A stretch of 64,000 bases of DNA from a virus (Duplodnaviria; Caudoviricetes), in IMG/VR virus record IMGVR_UViG_645948442_000001, positions 64,001-128,000 of that record; one strand, given 5' to 3'. Numbering within the stretch: position 1 is the stretch's first letter; each line of letters begins with the position of its first letter. Shown in pieces: positions 19,189 through 29,012 of this stretch. The notes below the pieces were generated by a model. That model did no database searches and had not been told where the DNA came from. It was given only the letters and a program-made list of their open reading frames with translations. The translations under genes and the position numbers were made by a program.

Positions 19189-20583
19189 CTCAAATCAATC
19201 GATACCACCAGGCCCTCCGTGACATCGCCGACGGCAAGAACATGCAAATCCGCACCAACAGCAAGTGGCATGACACTAGCGCCAATGGTGCGTTGAACGC
19301 CATCCAGAACGACATCGGCGTCACGAACATCCGCGTTCGCCCGACCTTGGCCAAGGTGGGCAACAGCTCCTTGGCCAAAACCTGGCCCGCTGGTGAACCG
19401 AACCCTGTGATCGGCCAGTTCTACCACGTGCCCAGCATCTACAACGGCTCTGTCGTGCAAGTCGGATACAACGAGTCCGTTTTGCACACCAATCTGGCGG
19501 CCGCAGGCATGTTCCACGATTCCCAGGCTTCTGCTGAAGAGCACCTGGATGCTCTGATGGAAATCAGCCTGGCGGCCAACCAGAATCTGGTGGGGGTGGA
19601 CTGATGATCCTGTTGAAGAAGGTCATCTGGAACCCGATGGCACTGGAGTGGTTCAAGTGGGGTGAAGAGCAAACCCTGGACGGCCTGGTGCGTCGTACCT
19701 CCTACCAGGAAGTGTTCGCCCTGCTGGACACCTGCGGATGCTCTCGCCATGAGCCCTACTGGACCAGCATGGTCATGGGCGTGATCGAGACAGACAACGG
19801 CAACCTGGTCGTCTGGCCCAACAGCGTGATTCTGTTCACCGACCTGGGAGTATTCATCGAGCAACCGAAAGGCAACAATGGCGTTTCTGAAGGCAACTGA
19901 ACGGCCTGTCTCGTTCCAATACGGCAAGCCACCCCATCGTGGTTGGTGGTACGCCCGCTACCACACCATGGATGACGTGTCGGTTGTCGGTTGGCGTTGG
20001 TGGGATGGCGAGAATTGGGGCTGGTGGCGTGGCGAAGACAGTGAATTCGGCCTCCCGTCTGGATGTGTTGCGCCCAAGGATCACGTCCTGATTGAACAAC
20101 GCATCACCCACGGGCGTCGAGACTGCATCAGCTGGTCCTGGCACTGGCCTGGTAACGCAACCCAGGCCCGGGTCAACCCCGACACCATGGAGTGTACCGG
20201 CTCCGGCCCCGAACCCGACATCGATGTGCTGATTGCCATCGATGAATTCCGACTCAAGCAGTACTGGTGAACAAATGGAAGAATCGCAACTGGGCCCATT
20301 CATGGGCGAAATCGCAGAAGAACGCAAGGCCGCGAAGCAGTCTATCCTCCAGGCCGAGCGCGGCCGCATGATGATCGACAACCGGGCGGTCAATGTCATG
20401 GCCCTGGCCATGAAGCGCAAGCTCCGTGAGAAGCGCATCGAAGGCCGCACTGGTTGGGAGACTGCCACGGCGGAGTACCTGTCTATCCTGCTGCGTCAGT
20501 CTCTGGCCAAGGGCGATCTGGTGAGTGTGGCCAACTACGCTGCTTTCATGAACAAGCTCGGGCAGCAGTACGTCCCGGAATAG
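19185..20583 (+). other. Run of four coupled small hypothetical genes (19185-19604, 19604-19900, 19878-20270, ~20275-20583)
   Basis: Abutting or overlapping ORFs with phage-like codon usage. Confidence 0.6.
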
Positions 20584-20668
20584 CCCCTCGTCTTGGTTGG
20601 GTATTTTCTCAGTTGAACTTTTCAGGTTATAATTGAGGCATCCCAACCAAGACACCAAGGAGTCCCAA

Positions 20669-21028
20669 ATGACCGAAATGACCGCAATGCAACTGGTTCA
20701 ACGCAGCCTGAAGCGCAAGGTTGAAGCCAACGACAAGATCATCGCCAAGCTGTCCGCCGATCTGCTCAAGGATGCCGACTACCACATGCGTTGGGCCGAC
20801 AGCGCGATGGAAGCGGCAGCCTTCAACCGAGTGGCCAAGGAACTGCTCTCTCGAATGGAGGAACCTGACAACAAGGTCACCATCGAGAATGCTCTTGAGT
20901 ATTACTCTCGCGCCCGTGACGTCGCCGTCCTCGGGCTGACCAGCCAGTCCACTTCCCAGTGCACCAACGCGATGAACATGTTCCGCCTGGCTGCTATGGG
21001 GCAGATCATCGAATTGCTCCAAGGATGA
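20669..21028 (+). CDS. Hypothetical protein
   Basis: SD AAGGAG, downstream of TTTTCAGGTTATAAT. Confidence 0.7.
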   Translation: MTEMTAMQLVQRSLKRKVEANDKIIAKLSADLLKDADYHMRWADSAMEAAAFNRVAKELLSRMEEPDNKVTIENALEYYSRARDVAVLGLTSQSTSQCTNAMNMFRLAAMGQIIELLQG

Positions 21029-21441
21029 AGTACATCGCCCTTGCGGCCGTGGCCCTGTTGATCGGGGCCCACGAGCTATCCCATGCGCATGGTAGCTCCC
21101 ATGCCACCAGCAACCGCCTCCGCGAGGAGGCTTTGGACCGCAAGGTTCAACAACGCCAGGAGGCTACGCCCATCCTGACGGCCGACCAAGCCATTGGTTT
21201 CACCAACTTTGACGTCAAGCAGTGGTCGCGCCGCCCCAACGGGTCCATGACCGTATGTGTGCCTCGACAGTGGTACCAAGGTCGCCCCACATATGGGGTG
21301 TGCCGAGGGCCCAAGGAAGATGCCCCAACGGGAGACTACAAGTGGGTGTCAGTGATCCACGGTGTTCCTGCCGGTCGTACCTTCTATGGCCAGCGCATCG
21401 GAGGTCGCTACGACAACCGGCTTGACGTCTGGTGGAAATAA
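21025..21441 (+). CDS. Exported protein (paralog of 22914 and 23240)
   Basis: Signal peptide, ends LDVWWK. Confidence 0.65.
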   Translation: MKYIALAAVALLIGAHELSHAHGSSHATSNRLREEALDRKVQQRQEATPILTADQAIGFTNFDVKQWSRRPNGSMTVCVPRQWYQGRPTYGVCRGPKEDAPTGDYKWVSVIHGVPAGRTFYGQRIGGRYDNRLDVWWK

Positions 21442-21502
21442 CATATTCCCCGTAAGGTCAATATTTGAGGTTATAATTCCTCTCACTGATCAACTGGAGA
21501 AT

Positions 21503-21781
21503 ATGATGAAAGCCCCCGCCCACTACAACACCATCGACAATGCCATCGCAGCTTGGAATGCTGGCGACCAACGCAAGGCCATCAGCATGGTGGGTCGCAT
21601 GAAGTTGACAGAACGCAGCGGTCTGACGGCTGGGGAGATCAAGACCCTGACCGTGGCCAGCAACTTCATGAACGGCATGGGCCGCATGTGGGCGCAGATG
21701 GGCTGGGATGAAGATGAAACCATCGCTAAGGCCAAGGGCATATTTATCCACCATTTCATGGCCAAGCAGGCCAAGGGTTGA
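21503..21781 (+). CDS. Hypothetical protein
   Basis: ACTGGAG SD after GGTTATAAT. Confidence 0.7.
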   Translation: MMKAPAHYNTIDNAIAAWNAGDQRKAISMVGRMKLTERSGLTAGEIKTLTVASNFMNGMGRMWAQMGWDEDETIAKAKGIFIHHFMAKQAKG

Positions 21782-21816
21782 CCAGTGGTGTGGCTGCTGG
21801 TTACGGCCAAGAAATC

Positions 21817-21835
21817 ACCCTGTAAATACCAGGGT
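21817..21835 (+). promoter_or_regulatory. Putative late promoter GTAAATA in a hairpin loop
   Basis: ACCCTG-TAAATAC-CAGGGT upstream of the DNA transferase gene. Confidence 0.5.
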
Positions 21836-21892
21836 TACAACAACACTGCCTGAATCGTCCGTGATGATTCAGGCAGTAACTTTGAGGACATC

Positions 21893-22825
21893 ATGAAACA
21901 TTCGTATCGCGCCGATGAACCCCTGTGGCTCAACTACACTGAAGCCATCAGCAAGACCTGGGACATCGATCCCACATACAACGCTATCCACGGCGCGATG
22001 AAGGACATGGGTGAGGCCAAGACCCACCGTGTGCTGGCTGGCATGGCTCTGTATTACCACTTGGGCTTCAGCTGCCAGCTGGCAGAACAGTCCACAGACG
22101 AGAATTTCTGGGATGTGCTGGGCAACAACTACGAAGGCACCAAGCGCGGCACCGAGCGTCGCTACTTCCGTGGTGAGCAAGGGCGGGCCAGCCTGAAGTA
22201 CATCAAGGACAACTACAAGACCCCCACAGACTTCCTGCTGGGTCTGCATCGGGACAAATACAGCGATCTGCTCAAGGCATTCGGGCCTGTCCCGGCCTTC
22301 GGCCCCTACTTCGTCTGGAAGATGGGGGACATCTACGACCGCATCCTGGGCATGCCCATCCAGGCCGACAACTGCATCGAACACCTCCCATCCGAGCCTT
22401 TCAAGGGCATGGAGTTGGTGCGCAAGGAGATGATCGCCAGGGGAGACGCATCCTTCGCTGACTACACCCCACAGCAGATGTTCGAATACATGGAGTCACA
22501 AACAAACAAGCTGGGTCTGATCGCCCCGCCTGCCGGGGACCGCCTGCTGGACATCCGCGAGATCGAGACAGCCATGTGCGGCCTCAAGCACTTCTACACG
22601 GGCACGGACTACGTGGGCAAGGACCTGGTCAAGCACTCCGAGTCCCTGCTGGGCTATGGTGAGACCGCTGACCTGCTGCGTTCTCACATGCCTCCTGTGA
22701 TCGCTCGGGACTACTTCATGGCCCCCGCCAGCGTCATCAAGCTGCATGGGCCCAATCGCAAGATCGACGAGGAGGGTTCCAACCCCATCGTCAAGACGAC
22801 TGGTCTGGGTTCCTTCTTCAGATGA
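21893..22825 (+). CDS. Amino acid:DNA transferase (aGPT-Pplase2 family), thymidine hypermodification
   Basis: DIDPTY, RGTERRYFRG, FGPYFVWKMGD, APPAGDR..REIETAMC and YVGKD motifs. Confidence 0.85.
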   Translation: MKHSYRADEPLWLNYTEAISKTWDIDPTYNAIHGAMKDMGEAKTHRVLAGMALYYHLGFSCQLAEQSTDENFWDVLGNNYEGTKRGTERRYFRGEQGRASLKYIKDNYKTPTDFLLGLHRDKYSDLLKAFGPVPAFGPYFVWKMGDIYDRILGMPIQADNCIEHLPSEPFKGMELVRKEMIARGDASFADYTPQQMFEYMESQTNKLGLIAPPAGDRLLDIREIETAMCGLKHFYTGTDYVGKDLVKHSESLLGYGETADLLRSHMPPVIARDYFMAPASVIKLHGPNRKIDEEGSNPIVKTTGLGSFFR

Positions 22826-22913
22826 TCAAAGCCCCTCCAAACCGGAGGGGCTTTTGTTTGTGCAAACTCTCAGGCTATAATTGAGTCCATCAACAACATC
22901 ACTGGAGAATCTC

Positions 22914-23243
22914 ATGAAATCCATCTATGCTCTGATCGCCATCGCATTTGCAGGTGTGCTGTACCAGGCCGAATCGCAGGCCCAGGCGCAGGGCTCAGTG
23001 CGTCCGTCCATGTACATGGACGACACCCGCGCTGGCCTGGTGGACCCTGCACGCCAGGCCAAGGTGTATCGTTTTGACCAGTGGTACAACCTCAATGGTG
23101 AGATGGTGGTGTGCGCCGACAACAAGAAATCATTGTGCGTCGAGGTGGCTGACTCCATCCCGAAGGGGTACACATACCTTGGTTTCCAAATCAAGGATCA
23201 GGGCATGCTGGTCGTCTACATGACCAAGAAGGTGAATCGGTGA
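22914..23243 (+). CDS. Exported protein (paralog family)
   Basis: Signal peptide with AQA, QW...GEMVVC...IPKG..YLG motif. Confidence 0.7.
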   Translation: MKSIYALIAIAFAGVLYQAESQAQAQGSVRPSMYMDDTRAGLVDPARQAKVYRFDQWYNLNGEMVVCADNKKSLCVEVADSIPKGYTYLGFQIKDQGMLVVYMTKKVNR

Positions 23244-23518
23244 AAACTTTCTTCAGCTCTTTGCTCAGCGCCATGCTGGGTATCATCATCTACACTTCTA
23301 TCCAGAGACATCCCACGCCACAACCAACCCAACACATCGTCATGACCGTCCCAGAGGCGGACTGGCGACTGAATGTGCAGACCCAGGAGCATGAGATTTG
23401 CAACAAGTCTCTCTATGGCTGCATATGGACGCCCGTCCAACAATTCCCTTCCCCTGGCACTCAAGTGTTGTCGGTGAAGGTCATCAATCAAAATCAACTT
23501 CAGGTGACATGGAAATGA
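23240..23518 (+). CDS. Membrane-anchored/exported protein (paralog family)
   Basis: N-terminal hydrophobic helix, ends LQVTWK. Confidence 0.6.
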   Translation: MKTFFSSLLSAMLGIIIYTSIQRHPTPQPTQHIVMTVPEADWRLNVQTQEHEICNKSLYGCIWTPVQQFPSPGTQVLSVKVINQNQLQVTWK

Positions 23519-24282
23519 GCACTCAGCAACTTCAAGACATCATGGGCCTGTTCCGCTCCAAGATCAAGGGCGAGATCACCATGATCAACCTGTACGGCTC
23601 CCAGGTGCGCGGCTACGGCCTGCCCACCAGTGACGTGGATGCGTTCATCGTGTACCACAACACCAGCCCCTCCATCCTGCGTGACAAGGGGGTCCACCAC
23701 TTCGTCGAGGGCAACATCGATGTCACGGCTGTGGAGTTCAGCGAGTACCTGAGACGCATGGCTGCTTGCGACCCCCACATCGTCCTGGGTTCCATGGGCA
23801 GACCCTTGCTGATCGAGGACTCGATGGTCAACCTGCGCAAGGACGTGAACAAGGCAGTGACCTCGACTGGCGCCGTCGATCTGGGCAACAAGCTGCTGTC
23901 TCGTATCAAGGCCATGTACGAGTTCGGCAACGAAAAGCGGCCTTCCCTGAAGGATGACATCTTCTGCACCTACGCCCTGGGATTCGTCGAAAAGATGATC
24001 AAGGCCCCCGAAGGACTGGAGGATCTCCCGACCATCACCAGCGGCCACCCGGTCGTGCAGTCCTACGTCAACGAGCTGACCTGGGGCAACCGTCTGCTGA
24101 TGACAGAGGATCAGATGGACATGTTGGCTGGTCACTCCGTCAATGTCAAGGCTGATCTGAACAAGCGTAGTCACCCGACAGTCATCCAGGGCAAGGGCCA
24201 CAAGCAGCATGAAGGCGACGAGACCGACCTGACCATCGAGATCGGTCTGGCTGCTGAACGCCACTGGGAGGAGTGGGTGTGA
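23515..24282 (+). CDS. Pol-beta superfamily nucleotidyltransferase
   Basis: LYGSQVRGYGLPTSDVD (hGSx10DxD) motif. Confidence 0.85.
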   Translation: MSTQQLQDIMGLFRSKIKGEITMINLYGSQVRGYGLPTSDVDAFIVYHNTSPSILRDKGVHHFVEGNIDVTAVEFSEYLRRMAACDPHIVLGSMGRPLLIEDSMVNLRKDVNKAVTSTGAVDLGNKLLSRIKAMYEFGNEKRPSLKDDIFCTYALGFVEKMIKAPEGLEDLPTITSGHPVVQSYVNELTWGNRLLMTEDQMDMLAGHSVNVKADLNKRSHPTVIQGKGHKQHEGDETDLTIEIGLAAERHWEEWV

Positions 24283-24571
24283 AGAACCTGTATCTGTTGC
24301 TGGCTGCGGTCTCCTTTGTAGCCTTCTGTTACCCATTGATGGTCGGCATCTCCTGGACGTTCGAAGAGGGCGAGGGGGAGGAAACGCCATGGCACCGCAG
24401 ATGGTACGTCATGTGGCCTTGCGCAGCCCTTTGCGTGGCCTTGACTATCAAGTGTCTCGGGGCCTCCTCGGACATCGAGCACTACTATCCGCAGCCAACA
24501 CAAGAGGCTGACCCATCATGAACAAAGCCCCTCCTTGCGAGGGGCTTTTGCTTTGGGGCTATAATCTCGGC

Positions 24572-24913
24572 ATGAAGACCAAGACACTCACCAAGAAACA
24601 GCAGGCCGCAAAGGCCGAATGGGAAGCCATCCTCGCCAAGCACTCTAAGCCCCTTGAACGCGGGGCCAAGGCTAAGGGCATCAAAGTGGTCAAACCCAAG
24701 ACCGAGCCCTATATCCCCACTGTGATGTTGGACCCTCGTAGAGACTTGAGCAGACTCCCCAGCAGGGTGACTCCGGGAGGGGATGCCACCAAGCCCGAGC
24801 CGGTCAAGTACACAGGCACCCTCATCAAGGGAATAGCCACCATGCACAAGTCCAACGCTGTGCCTGTGCTGAACGATGAAGAAGCCAAAAGCATCTCAAG
24901 CATGCGCCGCTGA
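24572..24913 (+). CDS. Conserved T4-like hypothetical protein; probably leaderless
   Basis: C-terminal YTGTLIKGIATMHKSNAVPV..EEAK.IS.MRR motif familiar from T4-like phages. Confidence 0.75.
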   Translation: MKTKTLTKKQQAAKAEWEAILAKHSKPLERGAKAKGIKVVKPKTEPYIPTVMLDPRRDLSRLPSRVTPGGDATKPEPVKYTGTLIKGIATMHKSNAVPVLNDEEAKSISSMRR

Positions 24914-24936
24914 CTGGATTCAGGGTATAATTCGTC

Positions 24937-25263
24937 ATGATCAAAATCGCACCCCAAACAGACATGAACAAGATCAGCGCCATGTGCCTGGTCGCCCACA
25001 AGCTGACGAGGCTGTCCAAGTTATGGTCTCACGAACACGGCCATGGTCCAGTGTCCGCTTCCATGACAGTCTCCGTGGAGCTCATCCGTTCCGCTGGCCC
25101 TGATCAGCTGGTGAAGTGGTACGATGACTTCATGGCTTCGGTCCAACGGGAGGAAGAGGAACTCAAGGAGTTGGTGGCCAACCCAGAACCCCTTCCTCCT
25201 CTGGTGGACATGATTGATCAAGACAACCACGACATACTCGTAACAAGGGAGAAAGATGTCTGA
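24937..25263 (+). CDS. Hypothetical protein; probably leaderless
   Basis: ATG 5 nt after TATAAT. Confidence 0.65.
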   Translation: MIKIAPQTDMNKISAMCLVAHKLTRLSKLWSHEHGHGPVSASMTVSVELIRSAGPDQLVKWYDDFMASVQREEEELKELVANPEPLPPLVDMIDQDNHDILVTREKDV

Positions 25264-25639
25264 AACGATGTCCGAGCAAGAGAGGGAATACCTCAACTTC
25301 CTCCAAAGCTGGCTGCACTGGCGCCGCATCAAACCTGCTGGTGGTTCCGAGAGGCCCGCCACCCCATTCAGCAGGTCTTCGACCCTACAGGAGAACGCAT
25401 TCTGGTGGGCAAACAACCGCAGGCTCAAAGACCCCTACATGGTCCACAAGTTCATCGAACGCAGGTTCGAGCAGTGCGGCCTGAAGCTGATCTACACATT
25501 CGACAAGGACTTGTATCGTCACTGGGAGGATGTGAGACTCAAGCGGCTGTGGCTGAATCAGGCCCAACTCGAATGGGTTGAAAGCGAAGTGACCAGGCTG
25601 GGTGGCGTGGTCCCCAAAGGCAGGGTGTTCAAGGATTGA
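25256..25639 (+). CDS. Hypothetical protein, divergent member of the YPFGG family
   Basis: FLQSWLHW...PFSRS..L...N..QLEWV resembles the 42307 and 43357 proteins. Confidence 0.6.
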   Translation: MSETMSEQEREYLNFLQSWLHWRRIKPAGGSERPATPFSRSSTLQENAFWWANNRRLKDPYMVHKFIERRFEQCGLKLIYTFDKDLYRHWEDVRLKRLWLNQAQLEWVESEVTRLGGVVPKGRVFKD

Positions 25640-25640
25640 A

Positions 25641-25886
25641 ATGGCACGCAAGAAGAACTACATGAAGGCTTGGGCCTCCTACGCCCACAAGAACTACATC
25701 TGTCACCGCGATGTGGCTCACCCAACCCTGACCCTCCGTCAGCGTCTGCTGATGGATGACTACGACATCAAGGAGATGGCCAAGTGGGTTGAGAAGGAAC
25801 TGGGCAAGCCGGTCCCCGACCAAACCTGCTTGGACTGGAAGACCGTCCAGGATGTGGTGGAGTACATGGAGGACAACAGACCATGA
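25641..25886 (+). CDS. Acyl carrier protein-like protein lacking the Ppant serine
   Basis: LLMDDYDIKEMAKWVEKELGKPVPDQ...KTVQDVVEYM parallels the ACP pattern LG.DSLD.VE....E.EF...IPD....TV.D..DY. Confidence 0.65.
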   Translation: MARKKNYMKAWASYAHKNYICHRDVAHPTLTLRQRLLMDDYDIKEMAKWVEKELGKPVPDQTCLDWKTVQDVVEYMEDNRP

Positions 25887-26152
25887 ACTACATCCAGAAC
25901 GACCTCATGGAGTTCGTCCCAGCCGAGAAGGTTGGCGAGGTGGCCGGTCTCGGCCCGGATGACCAGAATGTCCAGACGGTCTGGAGCAACGATCTGACAG
26001 CAGTAGAGGCCGCGAACCTGGCTCTCGCTTTGGCCGATCTCATCGGGGTGACCGTCTCCCGGGAACCCATGGGTAAGACATTGGTGCTCACCAAGAAGGG
26101 CGGGTTCAGGCTCCCTTCTGGGGCTCCCAGATACCCGCAGTTCCAAAACTGA
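25883..26152 (+). CDS. Hypothetical protein
   Basis: ATGA overlap with the upstream gene, ends at the cassette TGA. Confidence 0.65.
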   Translation: MNYIQNDLMEFVPAEKVGEVAGLGPDDQNVQTVWSNDLTAVEAANLALALADLIGVTVSREPMGKTLVLTKKGGFRLPSGAPRYPQFQN

Positions 26153-26236
26153 ACAAAGCCCCTTCCCCGTGAAGGGGCTTTTGCTTTTCTCGGTTTGGGG
26201 CTATACTACTTTGATCAACAACATGTGGGAACACAA

Positions 26237-26371
26237 ATGAAGTACCTCAAGGGATTCACACTCATCGAACTGATGATCGTCTTGGCAATCGTGGGCATCC
26301 TTGCCTCTATCGTCGTACCTGTATTCCAAGACCGCAACAACGACTCGGCCAACGTCGAGGTGGTCAAGTGA
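26237..26371 (+). CDS. 44-aa type IV prepilin-like microprotein
   Basis: MKYLKG|FTLIELMIVLAIVGILASIVVPVFQDRNNDSANVEVVK carries a class III signal (G-1, F1, E5, P22). It is the first gene after a promoter cassette and is not in the ORF track. Confidence 0.85.
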   Translation: MKYLKGFTLIELMIVLAIVGILASIVVPVFQDRNNDSANVEVVK

Positions 26372-26658
26372 AGGTCTGGCTCCTGCACGATGGACATGTG
26401 ATTGGTCAAACCCACATCGAAAGGGACAGCCGGGTCGCTGCTATCGAGGCGGCCAACAACTACTTGCCTCGTCAGTACCATCTGGCCAAGATGTCTGAAT
26501 CACCGGTCATGCGCATACCTGGCCAGGGCTTCTACGTCTGCGTGGACTCCATCAAGCCCCTCTACGACGATCCCATGGAGCAGCTGAGAAGCGACATCGG
26601 CATCTCCGCTGACATGATCGCAGCCCAATCCCGCGCTCAAGATATGGTTATTGCCTGA
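26368..26658 (+). CDS. Hypothetical protein
   Basis: GTGA overlap with the mini-pilin gene. Confidence 0.65.
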   Translation: MKVWLLHDGHVIGQTHIERDSRVAAIEAANNYLPRQYHLAKMSESPVMRIPGQGFYVCVDSIKPLYDDPMEQLRSDIGISADMIAAQSRAQDMVIA

Positions 26659-26713
26659 CCCATCAATTTCAGGTTATACTTCCCTCACCTTCAACCCATA
26701 CGTGAGAAATATC

Positions 26714-27633
26714 ATGGCCGTCAAAGTCAAGCTCCAATTCTGCAACAACGGAAATCTCCACATGCAGCAGTGGGCCACCAAGCCCACACCAGCCCAAATC
26801 TTCGAGTGGGTTGAGACCCTGAACATCTTCCGCTGGAAGCAGATGGTGGCCCTGACCATAGGTCGTCTGATCGACAACAACACCGCTGAATTCAAGCACG
26901 AGTATTTCGTGATCAACGTGGAGGTGGACACCCCTGTCCCACCCCACCCTCTGTACAAGGACACACCGTCTGAGGTGCTGGAGCGGGCCAAGTTCGAGAC
27001 CTGGTTCAAGGCGCAGTACCACGAACGCCTGTGCCGCAACATGGCTGACCGCAGCTACAACGACCCGCATGCTCACACCATGTGGACTGCCTGGTTCGCC
27101 CGGGCCAACGACTGAAAGGGAATAAGATGGTTGATATCGCATACGTGGTGGCTGGCTACCAGTCCAAGACGCCCCTGTCCACCAAGGGCATTCCCACCCA
27201 GCAAGAGGTGGCCCAATGGATGCTGTCTCTGGATCTCGGAGAAGGATTCGCCAAGGAATACGCGGCGTTGATGGTCAAGATCGACGACGCTGTGGAGAAC
27301 AGGCTGGAGAAGTTCACCGTCTACGCGGAAGGTGGCCGCCACTATTCGGTCTATTTCGATTGGAGCAAAATCATCATCGGTGCCCGGCAGATCATCGAGG
27401 AGTACGCTGAAGCCAAGTCTTCGAACGACTACATGAACGACCAGGGCAGTGGCACCGCTGTGGACAAGGCCAACAGGGCATTTGACGACGCCCAGGCCTC
27501 TCTGGACAAGCTGATCGAATCGTTCCCCACCAAGGCCGAGATCGATCAGCTGCTGGGCATGGCTGGTGAGCGAATCATCGACACCCATCTGCAGAAGAAA
27601 TTCCTGGCCTTCAAGGAACACCTGGATGACTGA
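26714..27633 (+). other. Two hypothetical genes (26714-27115, 27127-27633)
   Basis: Follow a TTTCAGGTTATACT promoter identical to the one at ~18030. Confidence 0.65.
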
Positions 27634-27865
27634 CGAAGAGGACGACCATCTGATCAGATTGAATCGTCCACCCCTTGTGCAATTCCCTGCCCAGGGCATG
27701 AAGGTCACTCTGGCCTCTGGCGGCCCATGCATGATCATCATGGGAGTCACTGAAGATGGCGTCTGTGATGTCTGGTGGGATGACGCCGAGGGGAAGGTGC
27801 AGAAGTACAAGTGGGGTAGCTACATGCTCACCCCATGGCCCATACCGGCTGGTTTCAACAGATGA
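27626..27865 (+). CDS. YodC/DUF2158-like small protein
   Basis: VTLASGGPCM...CDVWWD pattern. Confidence 0.65.
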   Translation: MTDEEDDHLIRLNRPPLVQFPAQGMKVTLASGGPCMIIMGVTEDGVCDVWWDDAEGKVQKYKWGSYMLTPWPIPAGFNR

Positions 27866-27951
27866 ACAAAGCCCCTTCCCCGTGAAGGGGCTTTTGCTTT
27901 TCTCGGTTTGGGGTTATAATGGAGGCCTCAACAAACACACTGGAGCAACAA

Positions 27952-29012
27952 ATGGAATTCAACCCAGCAGAAACCATCATCGCAGCTTCCTGCTTCATCA
28001 AATCTCTGGGCAATGACAAAGCCTTGTATCTGGACCTGAGCACCGACCATGCTCACATCATCCAGGGCAGCGACAAGGTCTTGATGACCTTCACCGCCAA
28101 CTGTGACATCTACGACGCCGACGGCCTGCACATCGGTCGCACGGGCACCAGGGGAGGCTTTTGGGTCGTCACCCAATGCCTCTACGATGGCATTCAAGCG
28201 GAGCCTGTGCCCGACGTCTGGACCCGTGGCGCCCTGGAACCCACTTTCCGGCTGGAAATACGCTTCTTCGAGGCCTACGAGGCCTGGCAAGCGACCCGCA
28301 CAGGGGCTACTGGTGGTTGAGTCGGTCATCCTCACAATCCTGGCGACGGGCGGTTGGTTCTTCTACTGCACCGTGTGCTCCCTCGAGCGAGGCTTGAACG
28401 TCATAACTGTGTTCAAGACCATCTTCTACCTGTACATGGCCTGCATGTTGCTGGCCATCGGCGGGTTGACTGCATATCAGCACTATCTGGACATGTACGC
28501 ATGATCATCACTTTCCATCTCATCACCTCCGCCGTCGCCACTTTGGTATTTTGCTCGTTGGTAGGCATTTTGGTTGGGGGCGTATACATTGCCCTGCACA
28601 AAGCCCAAAACTTGAAGCAGGCGATGCCAGGCATCGCCCTGATCGTGTTGTCCGTGTTTCTGGCCATCGCCAGCATGGACCTCTACATCGAGTTCAAGGA
28701 CTGGCTGCGACTGCAGCTGGATCTCCCCTGCTACCAACTGCTGAGGTGCCTGTGAGCCATCATCCCAGCGACCACGCAGCCAGCGGCGAGAAACACAAGG
28801 CCTCTGGCGCGATCAACGCCTACATGGTCAAGGGCCTCACCCGAAAGGGGATCGAGGTGTTTGACCAACTCGAGAGGAAGACCACGTTCCATCGTCAAGA
28901 GGCGGAACAGTACATCGTCGACCGCACCGGCGACGGGGCCAAGGAGCAATTCAAGCTGATCCACCCGGGCAGCACCAACATCAGAGCAAGATTCATCAAG
29001 GCAATAGCATGA
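27952..29012 (+). other. Run of small genes (27952-28320, two small membrane proteins ~28310-28755, ~28752-29012)
   Basis: Coupled ORFs after a promoter cassette, two of them hydrophobic. Confidence 0.55.
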
